A DNA stretch of 64,000 bases from Patescibacteria group bacterium UBA6017 (lineage in GTDB: Bacteria > Patescibacteriota > Saccharimonadia > UBA4664). The notes beneath the pieces are model-generated. The model saw only the letters and a program-made list of their open reading frames with translations, did not search any database and was not told the DNA's origin. Position 1 is the stretch's first letter. Each line of letters begins with the position of its first letter. Positions 48,045 to 58,549 of the stretch are shown here, in pieces. The stretch is taken from contig DIZX01000015.1 in NCBI GenBank assembly GCA_002429485.1, forward strand, positions 187,073 through 251,072, in the 5' to 3' direction. The position numbers and the translations under genes were made by a program.

Positions 48045-51000
48045 ATGAGACGTAGGTGGTTCGGAATATTCCTCATGGCGTGGGCGTTTATGTCCCCACT
48101 GTTTGCGTTCGCCCCGGCGGCAGAAGCCGCCCCGCCCTCCGAGTGCCACTGGACTGACCCAAACCACATCGTTTGTGATGGCACCAGCACCTACACCAAG
48201 ACTGCATTCCAAAATACAACCATCTACCGATCGGATATAAGCCACTTTATTGCAAATATCAACGCCGCCCATACGGCTGGAACATTCACCGAAATCACCC
48301 AATCGCCCCAGACGGCCAATACATACCCGATGGCGCTTGGCAGCCCGGCTAATGCCACAACTACACCCAAAAATCCGCCGTCTACCTCCCTTGCCTGCTC
48401 CTGGACAGACAAAACACTCATTCAGTGCGGCACCGAACAATTTAAATTTATTCATATAGCAGCGCAAAACCAAGATCGCTGGGTCAATAGTGCCACCAGC
48501 TTCATTGCCAACGTATCGGCCAACAAGACCGCCGCCACCCATTACACCATGCTTCAATCGGGATTGCCCGGACCTACCAATCCGGTCACCCTTAGCAATC
48601 CGGCCAACGCCACCAAAAACCCAGCTGCTCCTGGCGGAGGTCCAACCGCCGATAAACCCGTCAACTGTGAAGCAGGCGCCTTCACTTGGCTCGTCTGCGG
48701 CAGCATCAAAATCCTCGTCGGTGTCGTCGACACCATTACTAACGATGTTATCGTTCCGTTCCTCAAAGAACCCCCGCTCGACAAAAACCAAAAAGAATTT
48801 GCCCCAGTCTATGCCATCTGGTCAGCATTTCGAAACGTTGCCAGCGTCTTCTTCATCCTCGTCTTCTTCCTGGTGATTATCGGCACCGCCCTCGGCTTCG
48901 ACAACTACACCATTAAGAAGGTTCTCCCGCACCTGGTAGCAGGCGCCATTTTGATGCCGTTCTCGTGGTATCTATGTGCCTTTTTGGTCGATATCGGCAA
49001 TGTGCTTGGCCAAGGCATCGTCGTACTCATGACTAATATTATTATTATCGGCACGCCCAAAGTAGATCTCACCTCGAATTTCACCACCTTATTCCTCGGT
49101 GTCGGCGGGGGAGTAGGCACTTTCGCATTAATCGGTGCCGCAACCATCCTGGGGTTCTGCGCCATAATCTCGCTGCTAATTGCCTTCGCCGGCGTATTTC
49201 TGACCCTGGTATTCCGCAAAATATTAATTCTGTTTCTGATCATCATCAGCCCGTTTGCCCTCCTGGCCTGGGTCCTGCCCAACACCGAGAAGTGGTTCAA
49301 AGAATGGTGGCAAAACTTCCTCAAGCTCGTTATGCTCTATCCCATCATCATGATGCTGATCGAGGTTGGCCGTCTGTTCTCCGCCACTGCCACCGCCGCC
49401 TCCCCCGGCGCCATCTGTGCCGCCGGCGATACGGCCTGTCAGGCGACAGCCTGGGTAGCACCATTCTTCGCCATCGCCGGACTCACCGTCCCGCTCTTTA
49501 TCATCCCGTTTGCCTTCAAGTTTGCCGGCAAGGGTCTCGCGGCGGGCAGCGGCGCCATCAACAAGCTTGGCGGCGGCATCGACAAGAAATACGGAAAGGA
49601 CAGCGCCCTCGCCAAGGACCTCGCCGAAGGGCGCCAGCGCAAGAATGTGGCAGCTGCCAAGATTGCCGAAAGCAACGCCAAGAGCGCTCATGGCCTTCAC
49701 AAGACCGCCCTGAACCGCAAAGCCGCCATGAACTGGCGCCGAGCCGGGTTGGCGGGCAGTACCGGCAGCGCCAAGCTGAGGCGCGGTGAGGCCGTCGGCA
49801 AAGCTGATAAAGAATTAAGTACGATTGATGCCGATAACCGTATGTCCAAAGAAGCAGATCCGGAAGACTTCCGGCAGCGCCGCCTCTCCACCACGCAGAG
49901 CATCCTCGACGAGAAGGCTGCCAACCGCGGTGCCCGCCAAGGTGTATTAGAAGGTTACAATGGCGCGGGCGCTCCAGGCGCACGAGACAAGCAGCACCAG
50001 GCTCGCATCAACTCCCGCGACAATTATCTGGCTGCAGCCGGAAAAGCCAAGGGCGAGATCGAAGACGACGCTCTCAACGAACGCGAACGAGTCAATCGCA
50101 CCGGCAATTACGTCAGCCCATCCATGAAAATGGCCGCCGCTCACGATACAGCCGCCCTTTCGGCCTCGGATGCTCGCGGAACAGCCAGAGGCATCGTTGA
50201 GGGCGGGGCTGAGGCTGAGCGTATCATTCAAAGTCAAACCGGCTTAAACGCCGCTGATGCCCGCGATCTTCGGCTCCGTAATGTAGCTAAAGCCAAAAGC
50301 AACATCCAAAGCGCTTCGGCAGTCACGACCCAACAAACTGCTAACACCAATGTAACCGCCAATGCCGAGCTCGATCGCCAGCAGATCGCAGCCGCCGGCG
50401 GCCATATGTCCCCCCAGCAAGCCCGCAGTCTACGTATGCAGAACCTATCCGCCGCCACTCACTCTCAAGAGCGTGAAAAGATTGGTGCCGCCGAAGGTCA
50501 GATCGATGCCCGAAATGCCATCACCGCCTCCGCCGGCCAGGAAAACATGGGCCGCCTGGTAACTGGTGAGCGGATGGCCGCCCGCGAGCAGCTCTCCAGC
50601 GCCCGGACCTTGCGCGAAGCCCGCGCCGACTTCCAAGCCACTCCCGAAGGCTATATGTCGACCGCTGACTCACTCAAGGCCAGCCGTTTGGAAGCCAACA
50701 AGCGTATAGGTGCCAGCATAGGCGCCCAAAAACAAGAGATCGCCCAGGAGCAGGAAGATATCGCCAAAGCCCTGCGCGACGGTAACCCTGCCCCCAGACT
50801 GGCCGACCACGTAATCGCCGGCACCGAAGCCGCCAAATCTAAGACCGCTCAAGACTCCGCCCAGCGCCTGGCCGCCGTCAACGCCGTCCGTACCGGCACC
50901 GCTGCCAGCACCAGACAGCACACCGACGCCGCCGTCTATACGGCCGAGCGCAGCACCGCCATCGCCGACGCCGCCGTCAAAGCCACCGCCAGCGCCGTTA

Positions 51001-52586
51001 ACGCCCAAATCGCCGCCGTTGCCGGGGAGAAGGGCTTATCTACAGCCGCCGCCGCCCAAGCCGTCCGCACCGATAATCTCAAAGTCGCTGCGCGCGCCAA
51101 AGAAATAACTACGAACGCAGAATTTGCTACTACTCCCGCAAAAGACAGAGGCGTCATCAAGGCGTATGAAGCCGCCATCGAACAGGCCCGAGAAGCCCCC
51201 CTCCGAAAAGCCAAGGTAGCAGCCTTTGAGCGTGCCGATGAAAATGCCCGCACCGACACCTATGAACAGTCCTATCAAATCGCAAAAGCCGCCAAAATGA
51301 CGGACAAGGCAGGCAAGATCGTGAAAGACGCCGCAGGCAACGAGGTTCTCAAGTTCACCGAAGGCGAAGCCCGAGACTATGCCGCAAAAGCCAGAGATAC
51401 GCTCGGCGCCGAAAGGGGCCAAAAAGCTGGTCGCGAGGCAGCCGACAAAATCACAGCCGTAGGCAAGTTGAATTCCGCAGATGCCGAACGAGCCGTGATC
51501 GCATCCTCCGCAACAGCCGCAGAAGAATTAGCCATGCGCACAGAAGCCTCCTCGCAAGCCCAAACTGCCGCCCTCAATCAGGCCGTTGAATCGTCTGCCA
51601 CAAAACTCGATGCTAGAGAGCGCCTAGCCGTCCAGACCGAAGGTTCCGTTGCAACACTAGCTGCCGAATCTGGAGCCGCCAGAGCCCGCTACGACCTTAC
51701 TCGTCCCGGACAATCGTTAAACCAATCCTATCAAGCTGCCGAAGACCACGTAGTAAAGTCCGAACGGCTAAAAATAATAGGTGATCGCGTCGAAAAAGCC
51801 GGCAATGAAGACTTTACCTTTATGGGCAAAGACGGAGTGCCACACTCCGACAGTGTCAAAAACGCCGACTTAGGCCCAGACGGCGTCAAAGCCCAGGACG
51901 ATGAAATCAGGAGGTTGCTCAAAGATGGTTACCAAGACCCCGAAAACGAAGATCGCGCCCTCGCGCTCGTAGGCAGACTGTCGTTAACGGGCAGCGGCAG
52001 AGAAAGAGTTCGCGCAATTCAACGTGACCTATTTGGAAGAACTGAAGACCAATTGATCGATCCCACCAGATTTAAGGGCCGGGCCAGTGAGCTCTGGGAG
52101 ATCGTGCAGTCAAAAAACAAATCTGATGTATCCAAGGACTTCTTCATGCCCGAACCTGCCGCCTATGACGGCTACAGCTCATCCGAGTTTGGTCGCTCTG
52201 GTTGGGGAGAAAAGAAAAATTACTTCGAATTCGCCAAAAGAGTAGACAAAGATAATATTTACGACGAATCTACTCGAAATATCCAACAAGCCCTAACCAA
52301 CGCTCAAGTTACAAAGGAACTGAATTCCGATGACTACGCTCAAATGTGGATCTATATGCAAGACCCCAAGGCCCTAACTGCTCTGGCCACACGAGACACA
52401 GACGCAGGGAAAGGCAAAACAGGCCTCGACATCGTAAAGAAGATATATGCGTCAGGTGGCGCGGCTGAAGCCGAAAAGAGATGGTTAGAAAAACAAGGCG
52501 GCGACCCAAGCAGGAATATTCTCAAACAATACGCAGATTCTGGCTTCACTGTTTTACCGCCAGTGCCACCCCCTCCGACCCCCTAG
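48045..52586 (+). CDS. extended VirB6/TrbL-like T4SS channel protein (1513 aa)
   Basis: signal peptide, WSAFRNVAS, multi-TM core with RKILI..LII.SPFALLAWVLPNTEKWFKEW, long Ala-rich helical tail. Confidence 0.8.
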   Translation: MRRRWFGIFLMAWAFMSPLFAFAPAAEAAPPSECHWTDPNHIVCDGTSTYTKTAFQNTTIYRSDISHFIANINAAHTAGTFTEITQSPQTANTYPMALGSPANATTTPKNPPSTSLACSWTDKTLIQCGTEQFKFIHIAAQNQDRWVNSATSFIANVSANKTAATHYTMLQSGLPGPTNPVTLSNPANATKNPAAPGGGPTADKPVNCEAGAFTWLVCGSIKILVGVVDTITNDVIVPFLKEPPLDKNQKEFAPVYAIWSAFRNVASVFFILVFFLVIIGTALGFDNYTIKKVLPHLVAGAILMPFSWYLCAFLVDIGNVLGQGIVVLMTNIIIIGTPKVDLTSNFTTLFLGVGGGVGTFALIGAATILGFCAIISLLIAFAGVFLTLVFRKILILFLIIISPFALLAWVLPNTEKWFKEWWQNFLKLVMLYPIIMMLIEVGRLFSATATAASPGAICAAGDTACQATAWVAPFFAIAGLTVPLFIIPFAFKFAGKGLAAGSGAINKLGGGIDKKYGKDSALAKDLAEGRQRKNVAAAKIAESNAKSAHGLHKTALNRKAAMNWRRAGLAGSTGSAKLRRGEAVGKADKELSTIDADNRMSKEADPEDFRQRRLSTTQSILDEKAANRGARQGVLEGYNGAGAPGARDKQHQARINSRDNYLAAAGKAKGEIEDDALNERERVNRTGNYVSPSMKMAAAHDTAALSASDARGTARGIVEGGAEAERIIQSQTGLNAADARDLRLRNVAKAKSNIQSASAVTTQQTANTNVTANAELDRQQIAAAGGHMSPQQARSLRMQNLSAATHSQEREKIGAAEGQIDARNAITASAGQENMGRLVTGERMAAREQLSSARTLREARADFQATPEGYMSTADSLKASRLEANKRIGASIGAQKQEIAQEQEDIAKALRDGNPAPRLADHVIAGTEAAKSKTAQDSAQRLAAVNAVRTGTAASTRQHTDAAVYTAERSTAIADAAVKATASAVNAQIAAVAGEKGLSTAAAAQAVRTDNLKVAARAKEITTNAEFATTPAKDRGVIKAYEAAIEQAREAPLRKAKVAAFERADENARTDTYEQSYQIAKAAKMTDKAGKIVKDAAGNEVLKFTEGEARDYAAKARDTLGAERGQKAGREAADKITAVGKLNSADAERAVIASSATAAEELAMRTEASSQAQTAALNQAVESSATKLDARERLAVQTEGSVATLAAESGAARARYDLTRPGQSLNQSYQAAEDHVVKSERLKIIGDRVEKAGNEDFTFMGKDGVPHSDSVKNADLGPDGVKAQDDEIRRLLKDGYQDPENEDRALALVGRLSLTGSGRERVRAIQRDLFGRTEDQLIDPTRFKGRASELWEIVQSKNKSDVSKDFFMPEPAAYDGYSSSEFGRSGWGEKKNYFEFAKRVDKDNIYDESTRNIQQALTNAQVTKELNSDDYAQMWIYMQDPKALTALATRDTDAGKGKTGLDIVKKIYASGGAAEAEKRWLEKQGGDPSRNILKQYADSGFTVLPPVPPPPTP

Positions 52587-52605
52587 CCCTCTAGCCCTCT
52601 AGCCC
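52583..52605 (+). repeat. three tandem CTAGCCCT 8-mers at the virB6 stop
   Basis: CTAGCCCT CTAGCCCT CTAGCCC. Confidence 0.8.
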
Positions 52606-52659
52606 GCCGACCCATATTAGCGTAAGCTTAATGTGAGATAGAGGTGGAGTTCCCGAAAC

Positions 52660-53469
52660 ATGGGCCAGTATAAGGTGCCGCAAAACGTAGAGGCCGAGGA
52701 CAAGATTCTTGGCCCGTTAACTTTCAAGGAGTTTATCTACTTCTTGATGGGTTTTGGTTGGGCCGCGCTGAGCTTTGCCATCTTCCGTCAAATTCCCGTC
52801 CTCATGGTCGTCATCGGCTTTCCGCCCACCACGCTATTGCTGCTGCTGGCCTTCTACAACCGCGACGGCCAAAGCTTTGAGCAGCTCCTGGTAGCCATGG
52901 TGGGTTTCTTTGCCACCTCCCGCCGCCGCGCCTGGTCCAAAGATGACATCATCGAAACCTTCCACGTGGAGGCCACCGTCATCGCCGCCGAGGCCACCCA
53001 GCGCAATTCGGCCGAAGTCCGCGGTGAGCTCGAAAAACTCGCCAACCTCATCGATTCCCGCGGCTGGAACCACCCCCAGGAGCCCGAACCCTCACAGATC
53101 ATGCCATCTATCGCCCACACCGACCGCATCGTGCCCACGCCGCCGCCAACCCCCGGTGAAGTACCCACCGATATCCTCGACCTGCAGCAAAGTCCGCTGG
53201 CCCAAAACCTTGCCGAGCTACTACGCGCGGCAGCCGAAGACGTTCGCGAAGAGGCTATCCAGCAAATGGCCGGCAAGCCAGTCCGGCCCGTAAAAGGCGC
53301 TCCAGCCCCCACAAGCATAAGCGGCGTGACAGCCGCGTCGCCGAACGATATACTTCAATTAGCAACGCAGAGTGATGAGTTAAGTGTGACGCAGATTGCC
53401 GCCCAGGCCACCCGCCGGGTTGCGCTGCCAAACGGACAAACCTTGGAGATTCCCGTCAATGGCAGCTAA
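52660..53469 (+). CDS. PrgI-family (VirB3-like) protein
   Basis: QYKVPQNVEAEDKILGPLTFKEF, two TMs, QSFE. Confidence 0.85.
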   Translation: MGQYKVPQNVEAEDKILGPLTFKEFIYFLMGFGWAALSFAIFRQIPVLMVVIGFPPTTLLLLLAFYNRDGQSFEQLLVAMVGFFATSRRRAWSKDDIIETFHVEATVIAAEATQRNSAEVRGELEKLANLIDSRGWNHPQEPEPSQIMPSIAHTDRIVPTPPPTPGEVPTDILDLQQSPLAQNLAELLRAAAEDVREEAIQQMAGKPVRPVKGAPAPTSISGVTAASPNDILQLATQSDELSVTQIAAQATRRVALPNGQTLEIPVNGS

Positions 53470-54193
53470 CGCCAATACACATTCCGGTAAAAGCGCCCAA
53501 GATACCCTCCTGATCGCCGAGATCAAGGATGGCATCGTGGTCATGAAAGATGGCTCCCTCCGAGGCGTTATTCTCAGCAGCGCCATCAACTTCGACCTCA
53601 TGAGTCCCAGCGAGCAAGAGGCCGTCGAATCAGCCTATCAGGGCTTCCTCAACTCGCTGCATTTCCCCGTACAAATCTCCATTAAGAGCCAAAAAATCGA
53701 TATCACCGGCTACCTCGAGAAGCTCGATGCGCTCCGTGCTGAGCAACCCAATGAGCTCCTTGGCGTCCTGATGGACGACTACATCGCCAACATTCGCGCC
53801 CTCGTGGAAGAGGTCAATATTATGGACAAGCAGTTCTACGTGGTCATCCCGTATTTCCCCCCGTCCGCCGTTCAAAAAAGCAACAGCCTGATCGATAAGC
53901 TCAAAGGCGCCTTTGAATCCACCCCGATGATTACCGTCAGCGAGGAAGATTTCAAGAAGAACAAAACCGAGCTCTCGCAAAGAATGGCTCTGGCCGCCAA
54001 CGGCATGACCCAAATGGGCGTCCGCGCCATCTCGCTCGGCACCCAAGAGTTGGTTGACCTTTACTATTCCTGGTACAACCCCGACGTCGCCGTCAACCAA
54101 AAACTCATCGACACCTCACAGCTCGGCACGCCAGCCGTCACCAAGGGAGTCGGCTCCGCGCCGCGCGGCCCGCTACCGGGAGCACCACTGTAA
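53459..54193 (+). CDS. T4SS accessory protein (TraC/VirB4 N-terminal-like)
   Basis: IAEIKDGIVVMKDG, INFDLMS..EQEA..SAYQGFLNSL.FPVQI, FYVVIPY; overlaps both neighbours. Confidence 0.75.
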   Translation: MAANANTHSGKSAQDTLLIAEIKDGIVVMKDGSLRGVILSSAINFDLMSPSEQEAVESAYQGFLNSLHFPVQISIKSQKIDITGYLEKLDALRAEQPNELLGVLMDDYIANIRALVEEVNIMDKQFYVVIPYFPPSAVQKSNSLIDKLKGAFESTPMITVSEEDFKKNKTELSQRMALAANGMTQMGVRAISLGTQELVDLYYSWYNPDVAVNQKLIDTSQLGTPAVTKGVGSAPRGPLPGAPL

Positions 54194-56064
54194 TGGGACT
54201 ATTTGGGAAAAAACCTGCTGCCACCGTCGACCAAGCTCAACTCGAACAGATGCAAAAATCGATGGAGTCTCGCGAAGCTGAGCTCATTTACCGTCAAGGT
54301 ATCGTCACCATGCGCGACCTCATCGCGCCGCCCTCAATCGAGGTGGAATCGGCCTATCTTCGCCTTGGCAAGCGCTACTGCAAGACTATCTATGTTTATG
54401 GCTACCCCCGCCAAGTTTTCACGGGCTGGTTATCGCCCATTATTAACCTCGACGAACTCGTCGATCTCTCGCTCTTTATCTACCCAGTCGAGAGCCAAGT
54501 GGTACTCACCAACCTCCGCCGCAAAATGGGCCAGCTCGAGGCCAGCTACAGTATCAACCAAGAAAAAGGCCTCGTTCGCGACCCTGGCCTAGAGGCCGCC
54601 ATTCAAGATGCCGAAGAACTCCGCGACAAGCTGCAAGTAGGGGAGGAGCGCTTCTTCCGTTTTGGACTTTACCTCACCATGTACGCTGACACGCTGGACA
54701 ACCTCAACCAAACCACGCGCAAGATTGAAGGTATCTTCGGTCAGTCACTGGTCTATACCAAACCCACCACTATGCAGATGGAACAGGGCTTCAACTCCAC
54801 CACCCCGCTCGGAACCGATCAGATGCAGATCAGCCGCAACATGAACACCGGCGCGCTCTCCACGAGCTTCCCCTTTACCTCCTCCGAACTCTCCCGCAAT
54901 GAAGGCATCCTTTATGGCCTCAACCGGCACAACAACGGCCTGGTACTCTTCGACCGGTTCAGCCTCGAAAACGCCAACATGGTGGTGTTCGCCAAGTCCG
55001 GCGCCGGTAAATCCTTCGCCATCAAGCTGGAGGCCCTGCGTAGCCTCATGATGGGCGTCGAATGCATCATTATTGACCCGGAAGACGAGTACAAGCCCCT
55101 CTGTGAGGCCGTCGGTGGAACCTACCTGCGCCTCAGCCTGGCCTCCAAGACTCGCATCAATCCCTTCGACCTTCCGCGCGTGTTCGACCAAGACGAGGCC
55201 GATAACGCTCTGCAGGCCAACATCATCTCGCTCCACGGCCTCCTGCGCCTCATGATGGGCGGCGCCACCGTCAATACCTCTACCGGCGCCACGCTGTCCT
55301 CGCCGCTTTCACCCGGCGAAGAAGCCGATCTGGATGCCGCCATCATCAACACCTACGCCCGCGCCGGCATCACCCGCGACCCGCTCACCCACAGCGCCAC
55401 CCCGCCCACCATGAACGACCTCTACAACACCCTCGCCTCCATGACCGGCACCGGCCCCGGCCTCGCCCAGCGCCTCCGCCAGTACACCACTGGCACCTTC
55501 TCTGGCATCTTCTCCGAACAATCCAACGTTGAGCTCGACAACCCCTTCCTGGTCTTCAACATCCGCGATCTCGAAGACGCCCTCCGCCCCGTCGGCATGT
55601 ACATTGTCCTCAACTACATCTGGAATAAAGTTAAATCCGACCGCCGCAAGCGCCTGCTCATTATTGACGAGGCCTGGCAGCTCATGAAGTACGACGATTC
55701 TGCCAACTTCATGTTCTCGCTCGCCAAACGCGCCCGCAAATACTACCTCGGCCTCACCACCATCTCGCAGGACGTCGAAGACTTCCTCGGCAGCAAGATG
55801 GGCCGCGCCGTGGTGGCCAACTCCTCCCTCCAGCTGCTGCTCAAGCAGGCCCCCAGCGCCACCGACATCATCGCCGAAACTTTCAAGCTCACCCAAGAAG
55901 AAAAGAACCGCCTCAGCCAATTCCCGGTGGGCGAGGGCCTATTCTTTGCCGGCCTCAACCATGTCATCATCCGCATCTTAGCGTCCGATACCGAGACCCA
56001 GCTCATATCAACTAATCCCGGCGGTACCAAAACCCCTCCGCCGACCGGAGGTGAGGCTCAATAA
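54193..56064 (+). CDS. virB4: VirB4-like T4SS ATPase
   Basis: Walker A AKSGAGKS, IIDPEDEY, INPFD, Walker B LIIDEAW, KRARKY, ISQD. Confidence 0.92.
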   Translation: MGLFGKKPAATVDQAQLEQMQKSMESREAELIYRQGIVTMRDLIAPPSIEVESAYLRLGKRYCKTIYVYGYPRQVFTGWLSPIINLDELVDLSLFIYPVESQVVLTNLRRKMGQLEASYSINQEKGLVRDPGLEAAIQDAEELRDKLQVGEERFFRFGLYLTMYADTLDNLNQTTRKIEGIFGQSLVYTKPTTMQMEQGFNSTTPLGTDQMQISRNMNTGALSTSFPFTSSELSRNEGILYGLNRHNNGLVLFDRFSLENANMVVFAKSGAGKSFAIKLEALRSLMMGVECIIIDPEDEYKPLCEAVGGTYLRLSLASKTRINPFDLPRVFDQDEADNALQANIISLHGLLRLMMGGATVNTSTGATLSSPLSPGEEADLDAAIINTYARAGITRDPLTHSATPPTMNDLYNTLASMTGTGPGLAQRLRQYTTGTFSGIFSEQSNVELDNPFLVFNIRDLEDALRPVGMYIVLNYIWNKVKSDRRKRLLIIDEAWQLMKYDDSANFMFSLAKRARKYYLGLTTISQDVEDFLGSKMGRAVVANSSLQLLLKQAPSATDIIAETFKLTQEEKNRLSQFPVGEGLFFAGLNHVIIRILASDTETQLISTNPGGTKTPPPTGGEAQ

Positions 56065-58547
56065 TGGCTACTGGTTTTAAATCTTACCGGACTAAACCTA
56101 CCGACGGTTCTGACGAACCTATAAGCAACAGTCCGCAGATGAATGACGACAACCTAACAAATGGTCCGATAGTCCCAGCCCAGCCCGACGGCGCCCCTCT
56201 CACCCCCCACGAGCAAGCCACCATTGATCAAATGGAGGCCGGTTTTGACACCGACAGCATCCCGGAGCCAGAGCAGCCAGCACAGTCCGGCTCCGAGCCG
56301 GCTTCTTCGGCCGGCCAACCCTCGGGCCAATCCGCAGCCAACCACGCTCCTCGCTCCGATGCCAAGGCCCAGCCCGACGCCAACCCGGAAAATACCGACA
56401 CCCCTAGCGCGGAAGATAAGAAACAAGCCGCCGAAGATGAGGCTGCCGACGAAAAAAAGTCCATGGCCAAACAAGCCTCCAAGGATACCGCCAGGCGAAC
56501 CGCCCTCTACGCCGGCGCCGAAATCGGTAAAGAGATCGTCAAAGACGCCGCCAAGGATGTTGCGCATGGAGCGGCCCAAAACGCCGCCAAACATGAAGCC
56601 AAAAAAGTCACGGGCGCCATGATCAAGGGCGCCGCTAAATCCGGTGTCAAAAAGGCCGCCAAGAAAACTCTCAAGCGGGCGATCTTCAAGTACATTTTTG
56701 GGTTTGGCATCCCCACGCTCGGCATTATCGGGATTCTCTTCTTCCTCCTCTTATTCAAGAGCGTCCACATCCGCAATATCTATATCGATTACGAATTCGC
56801 CAAATTCGACCGCGCCTTTAGCCGCCGCCTCCAAAAGGCCGCCAAAGAAGCTCAAGCCAAGGGCACGCCCACGACCGAAGTCGCCGCCGATGCCACCCCC
56901 GAGGAACAGCTCAAAGGCGCCAACAAGGATGCCATCGATCAGATCAAAAATGATCCGGCGGCGATGGAAAAAGAAGCTAAGGCCGGCACCGATTTTGAGC
57001 AAACCAAGGCCGGCGTCGGTGGCGAGACGGATCTAGAATTCGGCATTAAACGCAGCGTGGCTCCGGAGGACGAAACCGACCCCAGGAAAGCTCAAACCGC
57101 CGTGGAAACTGAAATTAAAGACGAAATCAGGGGTCCCAAAGGTACTACAGGTGATCCGGGGCCGTTGAAAAATGCCGTCGACGAAGCCAACAAGCAAGCC
57201 GACGCGGGAGCTACCCCCGAAGAGATCAGGGCCGGCGCCATTAAAAACGTCGGCAGCCTGCTGTCGGGTGTCACCGGTAAGGCCGCCGCCGCCCTTTTCA
57301 TCGCCACCATGGGCTGTATTGCCCGCGATATCTATGTCACAAGCGTCGACTTATTTTCCCAAATTAAACTCAGCGCTTTGGCTCGTACTGCCGCCTCCAT
57401 CGCCAAGCACGCCGACTGCCATCGCGAAGTCGACAACCATTGCGGCCTCGCCAGTGAAGCGGCCGTTTCCCAGATGTTCGATTCCGCCACCGAATCATTC
57501 ATCAATACTGCCGGCTACCAACGCGCCACCAACCAACCCGTCAGCTACGCCAAGTCCAACCGTGACCTCGATCCGGCCATGGAACCAGTAAATCATGGTA
57601 CCGGGCTCGCCGGCGAGCTTATGGGTATCATCAATAGCGTCAATAGCGTCGCCAACTTTCCCGGCCTAGGCTCGGTCTGCACCATAGTGCTAACCCCGGC
57701 CTTCCAGATCACCGCCACCATCTCCCTCGTCCTCGCCCAGGTCGCCCTGGCCATTAGTGGTGTTGCCGACTTTGGCCTCAGCGATGTTGTTCTAGCTGCC
57801 GTTACTACTGCAGCCCAAATCCTCGCCACCAAGGCGGGCACTGCCCTCGCCGTCGATGCCGTCCTTCATTATTCGGGCCTCATTTTCCGCGGCCCCTTCA
57901 CGCCCACCCAAATGGGCAACATGATGGATGCCGGCTCCAAGGTCATGAGCTCCGACGCCTGCATGCGCAGCGGCTGCCACCAGCTCACCCCCGCCCAAAA
58001 CCAGCAGCTCTCCGACTCCATCCACCACGACCAGGTCGAGTACGCCCAGCGCCAAGGCATAGCCTACCGCCTCTTCAGCCCCGAAAACCCCAACTCGGTC
58101 CTTGGTCTCGTCGCCGACCGTGTTCCTTCCCACGTCGGCAGCGCCGTCACCATGGTCCAAACCGCCATCATCAACAACGCCGTACCCGGCCGATGGCTCA
58201 AGATGCTTGGCCAGCTGGCCGCTGCCAGCCCCACCACGGCCTATGCCGCCACGGCCGAATACCAAACCTACAACCTGCCGGATTGGGGCGTCCCGGACAG
58301 CGAAGCTGACAAATACGGCGTTATCGAAAACAGCCGCTGGGTAGAGGCCAATATCGATGCCGCTACCAAGACCAAATTCGAAGACTGCTTCAATACCCCG
58401 ATGAACAAAATGCTTACCAAACCCGGACTGACTGACCTTGCCTTCTGCAACGACATTACCGAACCTATTACTCGCTACCGCATCTTCAAGCTCGATCAGC
58501 GCGCCTCCCACGCCCTTGTAGTTCTCAATAATAATCAGGCCAAATAA
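56064..58547 (+). CDS. T4SS-operon membrane protein with an acidic disordered N-terminus
   Basis: coupled to virB4 (TAATG); TM at about aa 210-232; Cys-containing C-terminal region with further hydrophobic helices. Confidence 0.75.
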   Translation: MATGFKSYRTKPTDGSDEPISNSPQMNDDNLTNGPIVPAQPDGAPLTPHEQATIDQMEAGFDTDSIPEPEQPAQSGSEPASSAGQPSGQSAANHAPRSDAKAQPDANPENTDTPSAEDKKQAAEDEAADEKKSMAKQASKDTARRTALYAGAEIGKEIVKDAAKDVAHGAAQNAAKHEAKKVTGAMIKGAAKSGVKKAAKKTLKRAIFKYIFGFGIPTLGIIGILFFLLLFKSVHIRNIYIDYEFAKFDRAFSRRLQKAAKEAQAKGTPTTEVAADATPEEQLKGANKDAIDQIKNDPAAMEKEAKAGTDFEQTKAGVGGETDLEFGIKRSVAPEDETDPRKAQTAVETEIKDEIRGPKGTTGDPGPLKNAVDEANKQADAGATPEEIRAGAIKNVGSLLSGVTGKAAAALFIATMGCIARDIYVTSVDLFSQIKLSALARTAASIAKHADCHREVDNHCGLASEAAVSQMFDSATESFINTAGYQRATNQPVSYAKSNRDLDPAMEPVNHGTGLAGELMGIINSVNSVANFPGLGSVCTIVLTPAFQITATISLVLAQVALAISGVADFGLSDVVLAAVTTAAQILATKAGTALAVDAVLHYSGLIFRGPFTPTQMGNMMDAGSKVMSSDACMRSGCHQLTPAQNQQLSDSIHHDQVEYAQRQGIAYRLFSPENPNSVLGLVADRVPSHVGSAVTMVQTAIINNAVPGRWLKMLGQLAAASPTTAYAATAEYQTYNLPDWGVPDSEADKYGVIENSRWVEANIDAATKTKFEDCFNTPMNKMLTKPGLTDLAFCNDITEPITRYRIFKLDQRASHALVVLNNNQAK

Positions 58548-58549
58548 CA

